Below, in pieces: positions 29,707 through 39,509 of a stretch of DNA of 54,831 bases. The first letter of the stretch is position 1. Every line of letters begins with the position of its first letter. The position numbers and the translations under genes were made by a program. The notes beneath the pieces were generated by a model. That model had not been told where the DNA came from and made no database searches. It worked only from the letters and a program-made list of their open reading frames with translations. This DNA comes from Candidatus Krumholzibacteriota bacterium (lineage in GTDB: Bacteria; Krumholzibacteriota; Krumholzibacteriia; LZORAL124-64-63): assembly GCA_039714075.1 (NCBI GenBank), contig JBDLKA010000011.1:1-54831 (forward strand), in the 5' to 3' direction.

Positions 29707-31113
29707 CTACGGCCCCCTGAAGCGCACCTTGATGTTCTGAACGTTTCCGCCGGCCGAATCGGTGACCGCGAAGTGGAAATCCTCGGGCAGAACGTAGCTG
29801 GATTTGGGCATCATGGCGAACAGCGACAACTGCCGGTCGCCGAGCCTCTCCAATTCGACCCTGTCCTGGGGAATAATGTAGTCCACGCCCTCACGGCCCG
29901 CCAAAGCGTCGTCCGCCGGGGCGATGAAATACACCTGCGAGGCATCGGACTTGTTCTGCAGGTGCAGGGTGTAGAGGTTGCGGATCACGCCGTCCTCGAT
30001 GGTGTAGGGCATGCCCTGGGAACGCATCACCGTGACCTGGAACGATTCCCGATCGGTGGCGCGGGCCACGAACAGGGCGCCGAGCGCCAGGATGACCACC
30101 GAGTAGATGAAGAACCGGGGCCGCAGCAGCCTGGCCTTGCCCGTTTCGAAACCGCGCGAGGAATCGAAGCGCACCAGTCCCCGGGGTTTGCGGATCTTGT
30201 CCATGATGTCGTCGCAGGCGTCGATGCAGTTGGTGCAGCCGATGCACTCGAGCTGCAGCCCGTTGCGGATGTCGATGCCGGTGGGGCACACGTCGATACA
30301 GCGCCGGCAGTCGATGCAGTCCCCACCCTTGTCCACGCCCTTGTGCCGGGGCTCGCCGCGCTTTTCGTCGTAGCCGATGATCACCGTGTCGTAGTCGACC
30401 AGCGTCGACTGCAGCCGGCCGTAGGGGCAGATGATCAGGCAGGTCTGCTCGCGGAACCAGCTGTAGTCGAAGTACAGCAGGCCGGTCCAGAAAAGGCTCC
30501 AGATCAAAGCCGTGGTGCTGCCGGGGAAAAACGGCACCAGGTGCAGCATTTCCCGGGTGGGAATGAAGTAGCACATGAAGGCGATGGAGAAGTTCCAGCA
30601 CAGGAAGATGAATATTCCGTGCTTGAGCAGCTTGCGCCAGGTCTTGTCCAGGCCGCCCTTCTCGTTGCGGCGGATGCGTTCCAACCGCCGCCCTTCGATG
30701 ATGCGCTCGATGGGCCGGAAGACACCCTCCATGAAAACGGTCTGGGGACAGGCGAAACCGCACCACACGCGGCCGAAGAGCGAGGTCAGCACGAACAGGG
30801 CGATGCCCGCGCCGATCAGCACGAAGAAGAACAGGTGGAAGTCCTGGTTGGTGAACGTCGCGCCCATCAGGTAGGCGGCGCGTTCGGGGATGTCGATCAG
30901 GATCAGGGGGTGGTTGCCGACGGTGATCCAGGGCGCCGCCGCGTACACGATGATCAGCAGGGCGTACATGAAGTACTTGCGGGTGGTCCAGCGCCCCTTG
31001 ACGTCGGCGACCTGCAGCATGTTGCGCGAGCCGTCGGCGTTGATGGTGTAGACGGTGTTCAGGTCGGGCTGCCGTTTCGCGGGGCGGGCGGCCTGGGGGT
31101 CCTTCTCGGTCAT
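29707..31113 (-). CDS. ccoG: cbb3 oxidase accessory 4Fe-4S protein CcoG
   Basis: GRVWCGFACPQT, CLIICPYGRLQ, CIDCRRCIDVCPTGIDIRNGLQLECIGC, C-terminal Ig-like domain. Confidence 0.95.
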   Translation of the reverse strand: MTEKDPQAARPAKRQPDLNTVYTINADGSRNMLQVADVKGRWTTRKYFMYALLIIVYAAAPWITVGNHPLILIDIPERAAYLMGATFTNQDFHLFFFVLIGAGIALFVLTSLFGRVWCGFACPQTVFMEGVFRPIERIIEGRRLERIRRNEKGGLDKTWRKLLKHGIFIFLCWNFSIAFMCYFIPTREMLHLVPFFPGSTTALIWSLFWTGLLYFDYSWFREQTCLIICPYGRLQSTLVDYDTVIIGYDEKRGEPRHKGVDKGGDCIDCRRCIDVCPTGIDIRNGLQLECIGCTNCIDACDDIMDKIRKPRGLVRFDSSRGFETGKARLLRPRFFIYSVVILALGALFVARATDRESFQVTVMRSQGMPYTIEDGVIRNLYTLHLQNKSDASQVYFIAPADDALAGREGVDYIIPQDRVELERLGDRQLSLFAMMPKSSYVLPEDFHFAVTDSAGGNVQNIKVRFRGP

Positions 31114-31175
31114 TCCTGATCTCCTTCGGGCCCGGGCGAGGCCGCTCAGTTCCAAGTGTTCATCTATGTTTTACA

Positions 31176-31212
31176 AAAACAAAAGGGCGGTCACCGATCG
31201 GCGACCGCCCCC
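31176..31212 (-). terminator. Rho-independent terminator between ccoP and ccoG
   Basis: GGGCGGTCGCCG/CGGTGACCGCCC stem followed by TTTTGTTTT on the minus strand. Confidence 0.7.
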
Positions 31213-31226
31213 GGAATCCGCACCGG

Positions 31227-31823
31227 TCAGAAGCTGCACGGTTCGCCTTCAGGCGCCTTGCCGGCCACCTCGTTGCCCTTGATGGTCAACACGTAGGAAA
31301 GAACCGCATGCACGCGGCTGGGCCCCAGCTGGTTCTGCCAGGCGGGCATGCCCTTGGCGGCCACGCCGTCGTTGACGATCTTGAGCATCTGCATGGGTTC
31401 GCACCCGTGGACCCAGTAGCCGTCGGTGAGGTTGGGCCCCACCAGTCCCTGACCCTGGTCCAGGTGACAGGCCACGCAGTGCTTCACGAATATCTCGCGC
31501 CCCTCGGCCACCTTGTCCTCGGACTGGCTCATCATGACGAAAAACTCGTTGTCGATGCCGGCTTCCAATGCCCGGGCGAGCTGGGCTTCCTGGGCGACTT
31601 CCATTTCCATGGCGAACCGCTCGTGCGGCAGCACGCCCACGCCCAGGGTGTGGAAGAAGACCCAGTACAGCAGGGCAAAAACCATGGAGCCCCACATGAT
31701 CCACAGCCACCAGTTGGGCAGGCGGTTGTCGAACTCCTGGATGCCGTCGAATTCATGATCCATGACCGTGTCCTGCTGGTACTCGGTCCGGTTGTCGCGG
31801 TTCAGGTTCTGGTTCTCGGTCAC
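31227..31823 (-). CDS. ccoP: cbb3 cytochrome c oxidase subunit III (monoheme)
   Basis: DHEFDGIQEFDNRLPNWW, CVACH, GPNLTD, GMPAW. Confidence 0.93.
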   Translation of the reverse strand: MTENQNLNRDNRTEYQQDTVMDHEFDGIQEFDNRLPNWWLWIMWGSMVFALLYWVFFHTLGVGVLPHERFAMEMEVAQEAQLARALEAGIDNEFFVMMSQSEDKVAEGREIFVKHCVACHLDQGQGLVGPNLTDGYWVHGCEPMQMLKIVNDGVAAKGMPAWQNQLGPSRVHAVLSYVLTIKGNEVAGKAPEGEPCSF

Positions 31824-32041
31824 GGGTGGGCCCTCCCATCGGCCTGGCTTGGAATGTTCAGACGGTCACCGGTGGCGCTGTCCTCGGCAAAAGGCAAAGC
31901 CGCCATCCGGTCGACCTTTTCCTTGTCGCGCAGCCCCAGAAACACGTAGGCCAGCACGCCGACAAAGAACAAAACGAAAATCAACAGGCCGATCAGCGGC
32001 CAGATCAGGTGATCGCTCTGCGCGTAAAATTCCTGGAACAT
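31820..32041 (-). CDS. ccoQ: cbb3 oxidase small subunit CcoQ
   Basis: Single TM then MAALPF motif; between ccoNO and ccoP. Confidence 0.85.
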   Translation of the reverse strand: MFQEFYAQSDHLIWPLIGLLIFVLFFVGVLAYVFLGLRDKEKVDRMAALPFAEDSATGDRLNIPSQADGRAHP

Positions 32042-32053
32042 CGGCAAATCCTC

Positions 32054-34435
32054 CTACTGTTCCAGAGCTGTTTCCGCCGGTGCGGGGGCCACCGGTTGCG
32101 GTCCCCGGCCCAGCCTCTGCAGATAGGCGATCATCGCGGCCATCTCACTGTCCGGCAGGATCTCCACATCCTTGTCGGCCAGGTAGTCGGCAATCATTTT
32201 CCCCTGGCTGGCGAAACGCTGTTCGGCCAGGGCGATATCCTCGTCCGTGTACGGCGTGCCCAGTTTCCGCAGGGCGCGCATCCGGCCGGCAATCACGGCT
32301 GGATCCACCGTCTTGGTCTTGAAGTGCGTGTACGTGGGCATGTTGGACGCCGGCGAGGTGGACCGCGGATCCATCAGGTGCAGGTAGTGCCACAGGTTGT
32401 CGTACTTGCCGCCGACCCGCGCCAGGTCCAGGCCCGTGCGCTTGCTGCCCCACTGGAAGGGGTGATCCAGCAGCGACTCTTCCATCCGCGAGTACTCGCC
32501 GTAGCGCAGCACCTCGTGGCGGAAGGGCCGGATCATCTGGCTGTGACAGACGTAGCAGCCTTCGGCCACGTAGATATCGCGTCCGGCCAGTTCCAACGGA
32601 CTGTACGGTTGCTGGACCCACTTGGCGGTTTCGGCCAGGGAAGGATCCTCGGCGATCATTTCCTCGGTGATCTCCAGCGGCACCTTGTTGCTCTGGATGA
32701 TGGTGGGGATGATCTCCACCGCGCCGCCGATCAGGATGGCGACCAGGGCCAGGATGGTGAACACGAGCGCGTGCCGTTCGATCAGGCCGTACCAGTGGCC
32801 CCACCTTTTCTGGTGCAGGCCGTAGGAGATGATCGCGGCCACCGAGACGACGATCAACAGGGCCAGGACCACGGGGCTCAGCATGGAGCCCGCGACTCCG
32901 AACCAGACCGCCAGGACCATGATGGCGACGATGAACATCATGGGGGCGCTGGTCAGCAGGGCCCAGGCGCTTTCGCCGTCGCCGGCCGGCCGGCGGGCGG
33001 GCACCTGCACGCTGACCGTCGAGGGCTTACCCTGCTTCGCGGTCATGATCATGTTGTAGACCAGCAGGAACGAGCTGAGCAGGTACAGCGTGCCACCCAC
33101 CAGGCGCGTGTGGTACATCATGACGCTGTTGGTGATCGCCTCGATGAAGTCGGGATATTTCAGGAAGCCTTCGGCGTCCAGGGCGCGCCAGAACAGGCCC
33201 TGGCTGACGCCGCTGACCCACATGGAGACCACGTACATCAGGATGCCGATGGTCGCGATCCAGAAATGGAGTTCGGCCAGCTTGGTCGAGTACAGCTTGG
33301 TGCCGTACAGGCGCGGCCACATCCAGTACAGGATGCCGAAGGTCATGAAGCCGTTCCAGCCCAGGGCGCCGCCGTGCACGTGGCCGATGATCCAATCGGT
33401 GTAGTGGCCCAGGGCGCTGACGCTCTTGATCGACAGCAGCGGGCCCTCGAAGGTGCTCATCCCGTAGAAGGTCACCGCGACGACGAAGAACTTGATGACC
33501 GGGTCGGTGCGCAGCTTGTCCCAGGCGCCGCGCAGGGTCAGCAGGCCGTTGAGCATGCCGCCCCAGGAAGGCGCCCACAGCATCACGCTGAAGATCATGC
33601 CCAGGGTCTGGGCCCAGTCCGGCAGCGCGGTGTAGAGCAGGTGATGGGGGCCGGCCCAGATATACAGGAAAATCAGGGACCAGAAGTGCACCACCGACAG
33701 GCGGTACGAGTAGACCGGCCGTTCGGCGGCCTTGATCATGAAGTAGTACATCAGGCCCAGGGGGGGCGTGGTCAGGAAGAAGGCCACCGCGTTGTGGCCG
33801 TACCACCATTGCACCAGGGCATCCTGGACGCCGCCGAATATCGGATAACTGTGCAGCAGGCTGGTCGGCAGGGCCAGGTTGTTGACGATGTACAGCACCG
33901 CGATCGTGACGATGGTCGAAATGTAGAACCAGATCGCCACGTACAGGTTTTTTTCGTTGCGAATGGCGAGGGTCCAGAAGAAGTTGGCCGCGAAAATGAC
34001 CCACACCACGACGACCAGCAGGTCGATGGGCCAGATCAGCTCGGCGTATTCCTTGCCCTGGGTCAGTCCCAGGGGATAGGAAACGGCCGCGGTGACGATG
34101 ATCAGCTGCCAGCCCCAGAAGTTGGCCCAGCTCAGCAGGTCGCTGGCCATGCGCACCTTCAGCAGGCGCTGGGTGGAGTAGTAGATCCCCGCGAACATCC
34201 CGTTGCCGACAAACGCGAAAATGGCCGCGTTGGTGTGCAGGGGCCGCAAACGGCCGAAGCTCAACCACTCGAGCCCGAAGTTGGCCTGCCAGAACGACAG
34301 CTGGGCGGCGGCGATGACGCCGACCAGCAGGGCGACCACGCCCCACACGATCGTGATGACCGAAAAGGCGCGAACGACCGCGTCGTCGTAGACCACGGTC
34401 TTCATCTGGGTGTTATCGGATACTGTGGCTTCCAT
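32054..34435 (-). CDS. ccoNO: Fused cbb3 cytochrome c oxidase subunits I/II
   Basis: RLRPLHTN, WWYGHNAV, WAGPHHL, IGHVH, then CcoO part with EGCYVCHSQMIRP and WGSKRTGLDLAR; AAGGAGG RBS. Confidence 0.97.
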   Translation of the reverse strand: MEATVSDNTQMKTVVYDDAVVRAFSVITIVWGVVALLVGVIAAAQLSFWQANFGLEWLSFGRLRPLHTNAAIFAFVGNGMFAGIYYSTQRLLKVRMASDLLSWANFWGWQLIIVTAAVSYPLGLTQGKEYAELIWPIDLLVVVVWVIFAANFFWTLAIRNEKNLYVAIWFYISTIVTIAVLYIVNNLALPTSLLHSYPIFGGVQDALVQWWYGHNAVAFFLTTPPLGLMYYFMIKAAERPVYSYRLSVVHFWSLIFLYIWAGPHHLLYTALPDWAQTLGMIFSVMLWAPSWGGMLNGLLTLRGAWDKLRTDPVIKFFVVAVTFYGMSTFEGPLLSIKSVSALGHYTDWIIGHVHGGALGWNGFMTFGILYWMWPRLYGTKLYSTKLAELHFWIATIGILMYVVSMWVSGVSQGLFWRALDAEGFLKYPDFIEAITNSVMMYHTRLVGGTLYLLSSFLLVYNMIMTAKQGKPSTVSVQVPARRPAGDGESAWALLTSAPMMFIVAIMVLAVWFGVAGSMLSPVVLALLIVVSVAAIISYGLHQKRWGHWYGLIERHALVFTILALVAILIGGAVEIIPTIIQSNKVPLEITEEMIAEDPSLAETAKWVQQPYSPLELAGRDIYVAEGCYVCHSQMIRPFRHEVLRYGEYSRMEESLLDHPFQWGSKRTGLDLARVGGKYDNLWHYLHLMDPRSTSPASNMPTYTHFKTKTVDPAVIAGRMRALRKLGTPYTDEDIALAEQRFASQGKMIADYLADKDVEILPDSEMAAMIAYLQRLGRGPQPVAPAPAETALEQ

Positions 34436-34456
34436 GTGGAGCACTTCCTCCTTCAA

Positions 34457-34696
34457 TCACTCGCCTGACTCTGGCTGATCGGATTCATTCTTGCCGCCAT
34501 TAAAACCTAATTTGTCCAATTTATCATCCGGGTTTTCGGGGTCAACCTGATTCATGCCGTCGTCGTCCTCCAAAGGGAGCAGGCTGAGCCGGTCCCCGTG
34601 TTCGAAATCGCCCTCGAACAGCCGGGTGAAAAAGAACACCAGGCCGGCGGCGACCAGGGTCAGGCTGATGAAGACCAGGGCAATGATTATATCCAT
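34457..34696 (-). CDS. ccoS: cbb3 oxidase assembly protein CcoS with extended acidic tail
   Basis: N-terminal TM then GDFEH...LEDD; between ccoI and ccoN. Confidence 0.8.
   Translation of the reverse strand: MDIIIALVFISLTLVAAGLVFFFTRLFEGDFEHGDRLSLLPLEDDDGMNQVDPENPDDKLDKLGFNGGKNESDQPESGE
34518..34545 (-). promoter_or_regulatory. Candidate internal promoter for ccoNO inside the ccoS tail
   Basis: TTGACC-N16-TAAATT with extended TG, in a locally AT-rich patch. Confidence 0.4.
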
Positions 34697-37122
34697 TCCG
34701 GTTTGCCTCCGGAAAGTCTGATGGCTGTCAAACTAACTACAGTTATTGAACTTACAGGCATCAGGATGGCGGCCACGACGGGGGTTACCAAGCCCGCCAA
34801 GCATAAACCCACAGCGAGGAAATTGTAAAGGATCGCGAGAATGAGATTATCCCGAACCACCTTCCGCAGGCGCCGCGCGGCGGTCAGCGAACGGCCGATG
34901 GCGGCGATGCCGTCGCCCAGAAAAAAGAAGTCCGCCTTGCCCGGCAAAACGGGCCGGTCCACCGCCGGGGTGGCCGCACAAAAGGCTACCTCAAAGCTAG
35001 GAGAATCGTTCAAGCCGTCGCCCACCATGAGGGTGTTTTTGCGGTCCAGATCGCGCACCCGGGCGGCCTTTGCCTCGGGGGTCAGGCCGCCGAAGGAACG
35101 GTCGGCCGGAACACCGAGGGTTGCGGCGGCGGCGTCGACCTTGGCCTGGGCGTCGCCGCTCAAAAGGTAGATCTCGTAACCCGCCTGCCTGAGCCGTTCC
35201 ACTTCACCCGCGGCGTCGGCCTTGAGGTCCTCGTGAAGGTGGAACGAGGCGACCGGACTCTTGTCCACCGAGAATATGGTGGATTTGTCGCCGGTCTCTT
35301 CGTCGAGGGCGAAACCGGCCCGACCCAGCCGCCAGACACCCGACGCCAGTTTCAATTCCAGACCGTCGCCCGGGATTTCGGTCAGATCCTCGCCGGCGGT
35401 CCCGAAATCCCCCGTATCGGACCCATCACTTTCCGGAAGTTCGGCCAAGGCCGTTGCCAGACAATCGCTTACGGGATGATTGCTGCGGGTGGTCATGTGG
35501 CGCAGAACAGCGCGTCGGTCGGCGGTCAATCCGGCCAGAACCGTCAGGGAATCCTCGTCGAGCGCCAGTTGCCCCATGGTCAGGGTGCCGGTCTTGTCGA
35601 GCAGGATCTGCCGCACGGACAGGGCTTTTTCCATGAAGCTCTGCTTGCGGACGAACACGCCGCGGCGGCGCAGGGCGAACAGGATCAATTCCTCGGCCAG
35701 CGGCGTGGCCAGGCCCAGGGCGCAGGGGCAGGTCACGACTAGGATGGCAATGGTCACCTTCAGGGCCATGGTCACGTCGCGGCCGGCCCACAGGGCGAAT
35801 CCACCCACCGCGGCGACCAAGACGGCGCTCACGTACCAGCTGCTGATCATATGCCACCACCGGGGACGGAATTCCTCGTCCGCCACGGTGGTCGAACGCA
35901 GCAGATCCTGCAGGCGGCTGTCTTCGAACCCTTCGATCGCCGTCACGGAAAACCCGTGGTTGGAGGCGTTGAAGGCGCCGGCGGCGATCTTGTCGCCGGG
36001 CTGGAAGGCGACCTGGTCGGATTCGCCGGTGATCCAATCCAGCGAGACCTCGGTGGCCCGCCGCATCAGGATGCCTTCGACCGGCAGCAGGTCGCCCGGG
36101 GCGATCCACAACTCGTCGCCCTGGACGATCTTCGAGGCGGCCACAGCCTCCAGCTCACCGTCCTTCACGCGTTTGACGGTCAGGTTCTCGGCCCCCGACG
36201 ATTCGAGCAGCGAATTGCGGTTGCGCTCGAGGATGTGCTCCTGCGCCCAGCGTCCCACCAGCATCAGGGCGATGAAGATGGTCAGGCTGTCGAAGTAGGC
36301 GTGATGGGGTCCCCCCGTCAGAAAACCGTAGGTCGAGCCCGCGTAGGCCAGCACCATGCCCAGGGAAATCGGCACGTCCAGGTGCAGCACGCGGCGGCGC
36401 AGGCCCGCGACCGCACCTTTCAGGAATACCCCGCCGCCCGCCAGCAACGACACCGTGGCCATGCCCAGGCTCAACCAGCCGAAGAACATGAACAGGGCGC
36501 CCTCGGCCAGCCCGAAGTAGAAGCTCAGGCTGAACATCATCACGTTCATGGCCATGGCGATGGAAATGGCCATGCGCATCAGCAGCGCGCGCGATTGGCG
36601 TCTTTCCCCCTTGCGGCTGGGGCCCAGCCGGTAGCCGAATTTTTCGATTTCGGCCAGGAACTCCTTCAGGTCGCCGCGGGCGGGATCCCAGCTCAGTTCG
36701 ACTTTGCCCAGGGTGGGATTGATGCGCAGCTGGATGCCGGCTTCCTGTCGCTTGAACAGTTCCTCGATCAGCCACACGCAGGCGGCGCAGTGCACGCCCT
36801 GGATGTCCAGGTCAAGGTGCAGGGTGCCGGACGTTTCTTCGCGTTCGGCGAGCATCCGGTCTAGCCAGCCGTAACTTTCGGGTCTGAGGGTGGGCGCGGG
36901 GGCGTGGGCGTCGGGCTTGAGGTCGTAGAAGCGGCAGAGATCCTCCTGGTGGATCATCTCGTAGACGCCCTTGCAGCCCCGGCAGCAGAAAGGGCCGTCG
37001 GACGTTTTCCAGAAACGGCCCAATTCGTTGCCGCAGTGCAGGCAAAGGCCCTCGTCGGCGGCCTTGCGCCAGTCGGCGGGCCACTCGTCGGGGTAGTTGT
37101 CGTCCAGCGTGGTGGTCGTCAT
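34687..37122 (-). CDS. ccoI: P1B-type Cu-translocating ATPase CcoI
   Basis: CLHCG/FCCRGC N-domain, HCAAC, ITGES, CPCALGLATP, DKTGT, HP, GDGLND. Confidence 0.93.
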   Translation of the reverse strand: MTTTTLDDNYPDEWPADWRKAADEGLCLHCGNELGRFWKTSDGPFCCRGCKGVYEMIHQEDLCRFYDLKPDAHAPAPTLRPESYGWLDRMLAEREETSGTLHLDLDIQGVHCAACVWLIEELFKRQEAGIQLRINPTLGKVELSWDPARGDLKEFLAEIEKFGYRLGPSRKGERRQSRALLMRMAISIAMAMNVMMFSLSFYFGLAEGALFMFFGWLSLGMATVSLLAGGGVFLKGAVAGLRRRVLHLDVPISLGMVLAYAGSTYGFLTGGPHHAYFDSLTIFIALMLVGRWAQEHILERNRNSLLESSGAENLTVKRVKDGELEAVAASKIVQGDELWIAPGDLLPVEGILMRRATEVSLDWITGESDQVAFQPGDKIAAGAFNASNHGFSVTAIEGFEDSRLQDLLRSTTVADEEFRPRWWHMISSWYVSAVLVAAVGGFALWAGRDVTMALKVTIAILVVTCPCALGLATPLAEELILFALRRRGVFVRKQSFMEKALSVRQILLDKTGTLTMGQLALDEDSLTVLAGLTADRRAVLRHMTTRSNHPVSDCLATALAELPESDGSDTGDFGTAGEDLTEIPGDGLELKLASGVWRLGRAGFALDEETGDKSTIFSVDKSPVASFHLHEDLKADAAGEVERLRQAGYEIYLLSGDAQAKVDAAAATLGVPADRSFGGLTPEAKAARVRDLDRKNTLMVGDGLNDSPSFEVAFCAATPAVDRPVLPGKADFFFLGDGIAAIGRSLTAARRLRKVVRDNLILAILYNFLAVGLCLAGLVTPVVAAILMPVSSITVVSLTAIRLSGGKPEWI

Positions 37123-37150
37123 CAAGTAGCCGCCAATTGGGATGGGCAGA

Positions 37151-37183
37151 TTGGAGATGCGCCTCAATCAGGACGCATCTCCA
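37151..37183. other. Strong hairpin upstream of ccoI
   Basis: TTGGAGATGCG/CGCATCTCCAA 11-bp perfect stem with inner CCT/AGG; no U-tract. Confidence 0.6.
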
Positions 37184-37235
37184 AGATATTTGCCGGTCGG
37201 CGGCCAATCAAGAGTAATCGGAGACGCTATGGTCC

Positions 37236-39470
37236 CTACGGCATACTGCACTCGAAATCGCCGGTCAGGGTTTCGACGGTGATCCGGAAATACCGCGGGG
37301 CCGGCACACCATCCAGGCTGGGCATGGCACCGGGTGAGATGTCCATGTCCAGCATGATTCCCGGCACCAAGTAGGTGAGATCGCAATCGCGCCATGTTTT
37401 GCCTGCCGGAGGCGTGGCCACGGTGGGCCGGACATGGCGGAAGAAGTTGTACTTGGCGGGCCTGGGAGGAAGGAAGGAACATTGTGTCTGATCCAGGGCG
37501 ATGGCTCGCACAAGGCCCAAACCGAATTGTTTGGTGGTTGCGTCGAATACCATCTCGCGGGCCTCGGGGTCTTCGATAAGCTTGACAAACTGCAGGTAGA
37601 CGTCCTTGTAGTTTTGCGGACCCATGGTCATCAGGGCTGTCGGCACGGCAACGTCGACCGAAATCCTCCACAGTCCCGTGGCGGGATCGATCACCAGGCC
37701 GGAGCGCCCCGGGGATTCGCCCCAGGTGGGTTGACGGATGTCGTCGTTGCCGCCGCCGTCCTGGATCTGGTTGAAGGGATCGCAGTCGTAATCGACCTGG
37801 TACATACAGCCCATCTGGCGCCGGTCCATGGCGATCCAGCGTTCGCGGATATCATCCAGACCGTGCAGCAGGACTCCCATCTGGAAAAGTTGGACATCGA
37901 TCTCATAGTTCAGGTCCCCGCCCTGCCCGGGATCCAGCACGATCTGCGTAAAGCCGGTGGTCTTGTCCACCAACATGAAGGCCGGGCCAACATTCTGGAG
38001 TTCATCAGGGGCTCCGGTGGGACTATTGACCGCCCGCAGAACCGTGGTGTCGCCGAAGCAGGGATGGGCTCCTATGGTGGCGGCGGAGGTATCGGCCAGG
38101 CATGCCAGCGTTTCGTCGAATTCGGAAGGAGTGGAGGCACTCGGCAGGATCTCGATACACTGGATGCAGGGCGGATAGCCCACGTGGAAGTCGATCGTTG
38201 CAGGCGTACCGTCTTTGCGGCCGTGCTCATCGACCGCCTGCATGTGCATGGTGAATTCGGTATTCGGTCCGGTCAGGAAGCCGAGCGTGTCCGCGGACCA
38301 TCCCTCGGGGTTGGCCGGCCAGGTCGGCACCGGGTTCAGAATGCTGGTCTCGGACTGGAAGCTGAACAGGCCGCCCCCCAGGTTGCTGCGAACTCCCTTC
38401 ACATAACCCGATAGGCCCACTTCGAAGCTGGGATCGAGCTTGAGATCCCTCGCATCGTCACGGCCCAGCGCCTTGACCACGACGTAGGTACGGTCGGGGA
38501 TCCGGTCGCCGGACATGAACGGGTGATGAATCTGAGCCGGGTCGTTGAGAAGGATATAATAGGGGTAGACTTCCGGATCTTCGGGATGGGCCCAATCGGT
38601 CTCCCCATCGAGCATGATGGTTTCCGGGTCGAAATTGACCACGAAATTGAATGCCTGTTCAGGTTCGAGAACTTCCAGGCCCATCACGTCGAGGGCATTC
38701 CAATGGATTTCGAATAATCCACTCGGCAGGAGTCTGTGAAAAGGATCGGAACCGGAATCGTCATTGTAGAAATCGAACAGGGAAACCGGAGCAAAGTACG
38801 AAACACTGTCCCCGGTGGACGGGTCGAATTTTCGCGGGTTCCAGCAATCTTCCAGCACCGGAATACAGTTTTCGCCGGGGAAACGGTATTTGAACCCCAG
38901 CAGACCGTCGTCATGGGGAGGGATCGTGTCCAGTGATGCCAGCAGCAGCGGGTCCATCCCCTCGATTGACGGCGCGGTGCCGTGCCAGCGCAACCGAAAG
39001 GGATGACCAAAAGCCAAGGTGTCCCCGATCGCAAACGGAATTTCGTTCGCGCCACCGAGGTCGCTCTTCCAAACCGAGTCGAAGTACGGGTACGGAGATT
39101 CATCGTTGGCCACCACGCGAATCGTGCAGGTGGTCGAAATCAGGTTGGGAAAGTCATCTCTGGAGTTCCACTCGACGGAACGGCCCGTTCCGGAGGCGAC
39201 AAAGGCCCCGACATCACCGGTTACGGAACGACATACGATTGGCCAGGTTGCCCCTCCGTCAGGCGAAAAGTACAAGCTGACCCACATCAAATCGCCGTCG
39301 GGGTCCACGAGATCATAGGTGATGTCGACGATGAATGTGCCATCCCGCTGGACGGCAAACACGTTGGAGACCACGGGGGCCGAGTTGGCCAGGCAGATCA
39401 TGGGAGTGAGAATGAAACCAACCACCAGGAAAACGGCCATGACACGGGTTTGATTGTTTCCGGGATTCAT
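37236..39470 (-). CDS. Large secreted hypothetical protein with an N-terminal Ig-like module and no C-terminal sorting domain
   Basis: Signal peptide; APVVSNV...QR...VDITYDL.DPDGD...SPDGGATW module; acidic, Cys-containing body. Confidence 0.8.
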   Translation of the reverse strand: MNPGNNQTRVMAVFLVVGFILTPMICLANSAPVVSNVFAVQRDGTFIVDITYDLVDPDGDLMWVSLYFSPDGGATWPIVCRSVTGDVGAFVASGTGRSVEWNSRDDFPNLISTTCTIRVVANDESPYPYFDSVWKSDLGGANEIPFAIGDTLAFGHPFRLRWHGTAPSIEGMDPLLLASLDTIPPHDDGLLGFKYRFPGENCIPVLEDCWNPRKFDPSTGDSVSYFAPVSLFDFYNDDSGSDPFHRLLPSGLFEIHWNALDVMGLEVLEPEQAFNFVVNFDPETIMLDGETDWAHPEDPEVYPYYILLNDPAQIHHPFMSGDRIPDRTYVVVKALGRDDARDLKLDPSFEVGLSGYVKGVRSNLGGGLFSFQSETSILNPVPTWPANPEGWSADTLGFLTGPNTEFTMHMQAVDEHGRKDGTPATIDFHVGYPPCIQCIEILPSASTPSEFDETLACLADTSAATIGAHPCFGDTTVLRAVNSPTGAPDELQNVGPAFMLVDKTTGFTQIVLDPGQGGDLNYEIDVQLFQMGVLLHGLDDIRERWIAMDRRQMGCMYQVDYDCDPFNQIQDGGGNDDIRQPTWGESPGRSGLVIDPATGLWRISVDVAVPTALMTMGPQNYKDVYLQFVKLIEDPEAREMVFDATTKQFGLGLVRAIALDQTQCSFLPPRPAKYNFFRHVRPTVATPPAGKTWRDCDLTYLVPGIMLDMDISPGAMPSLDGVPAPRYFRITVETLTGDFECSMP

Positions 39471-39509
39471 TTCTTTGCCCCTCTATTGTCTGCCCAACCT
39501 GCACATGAA

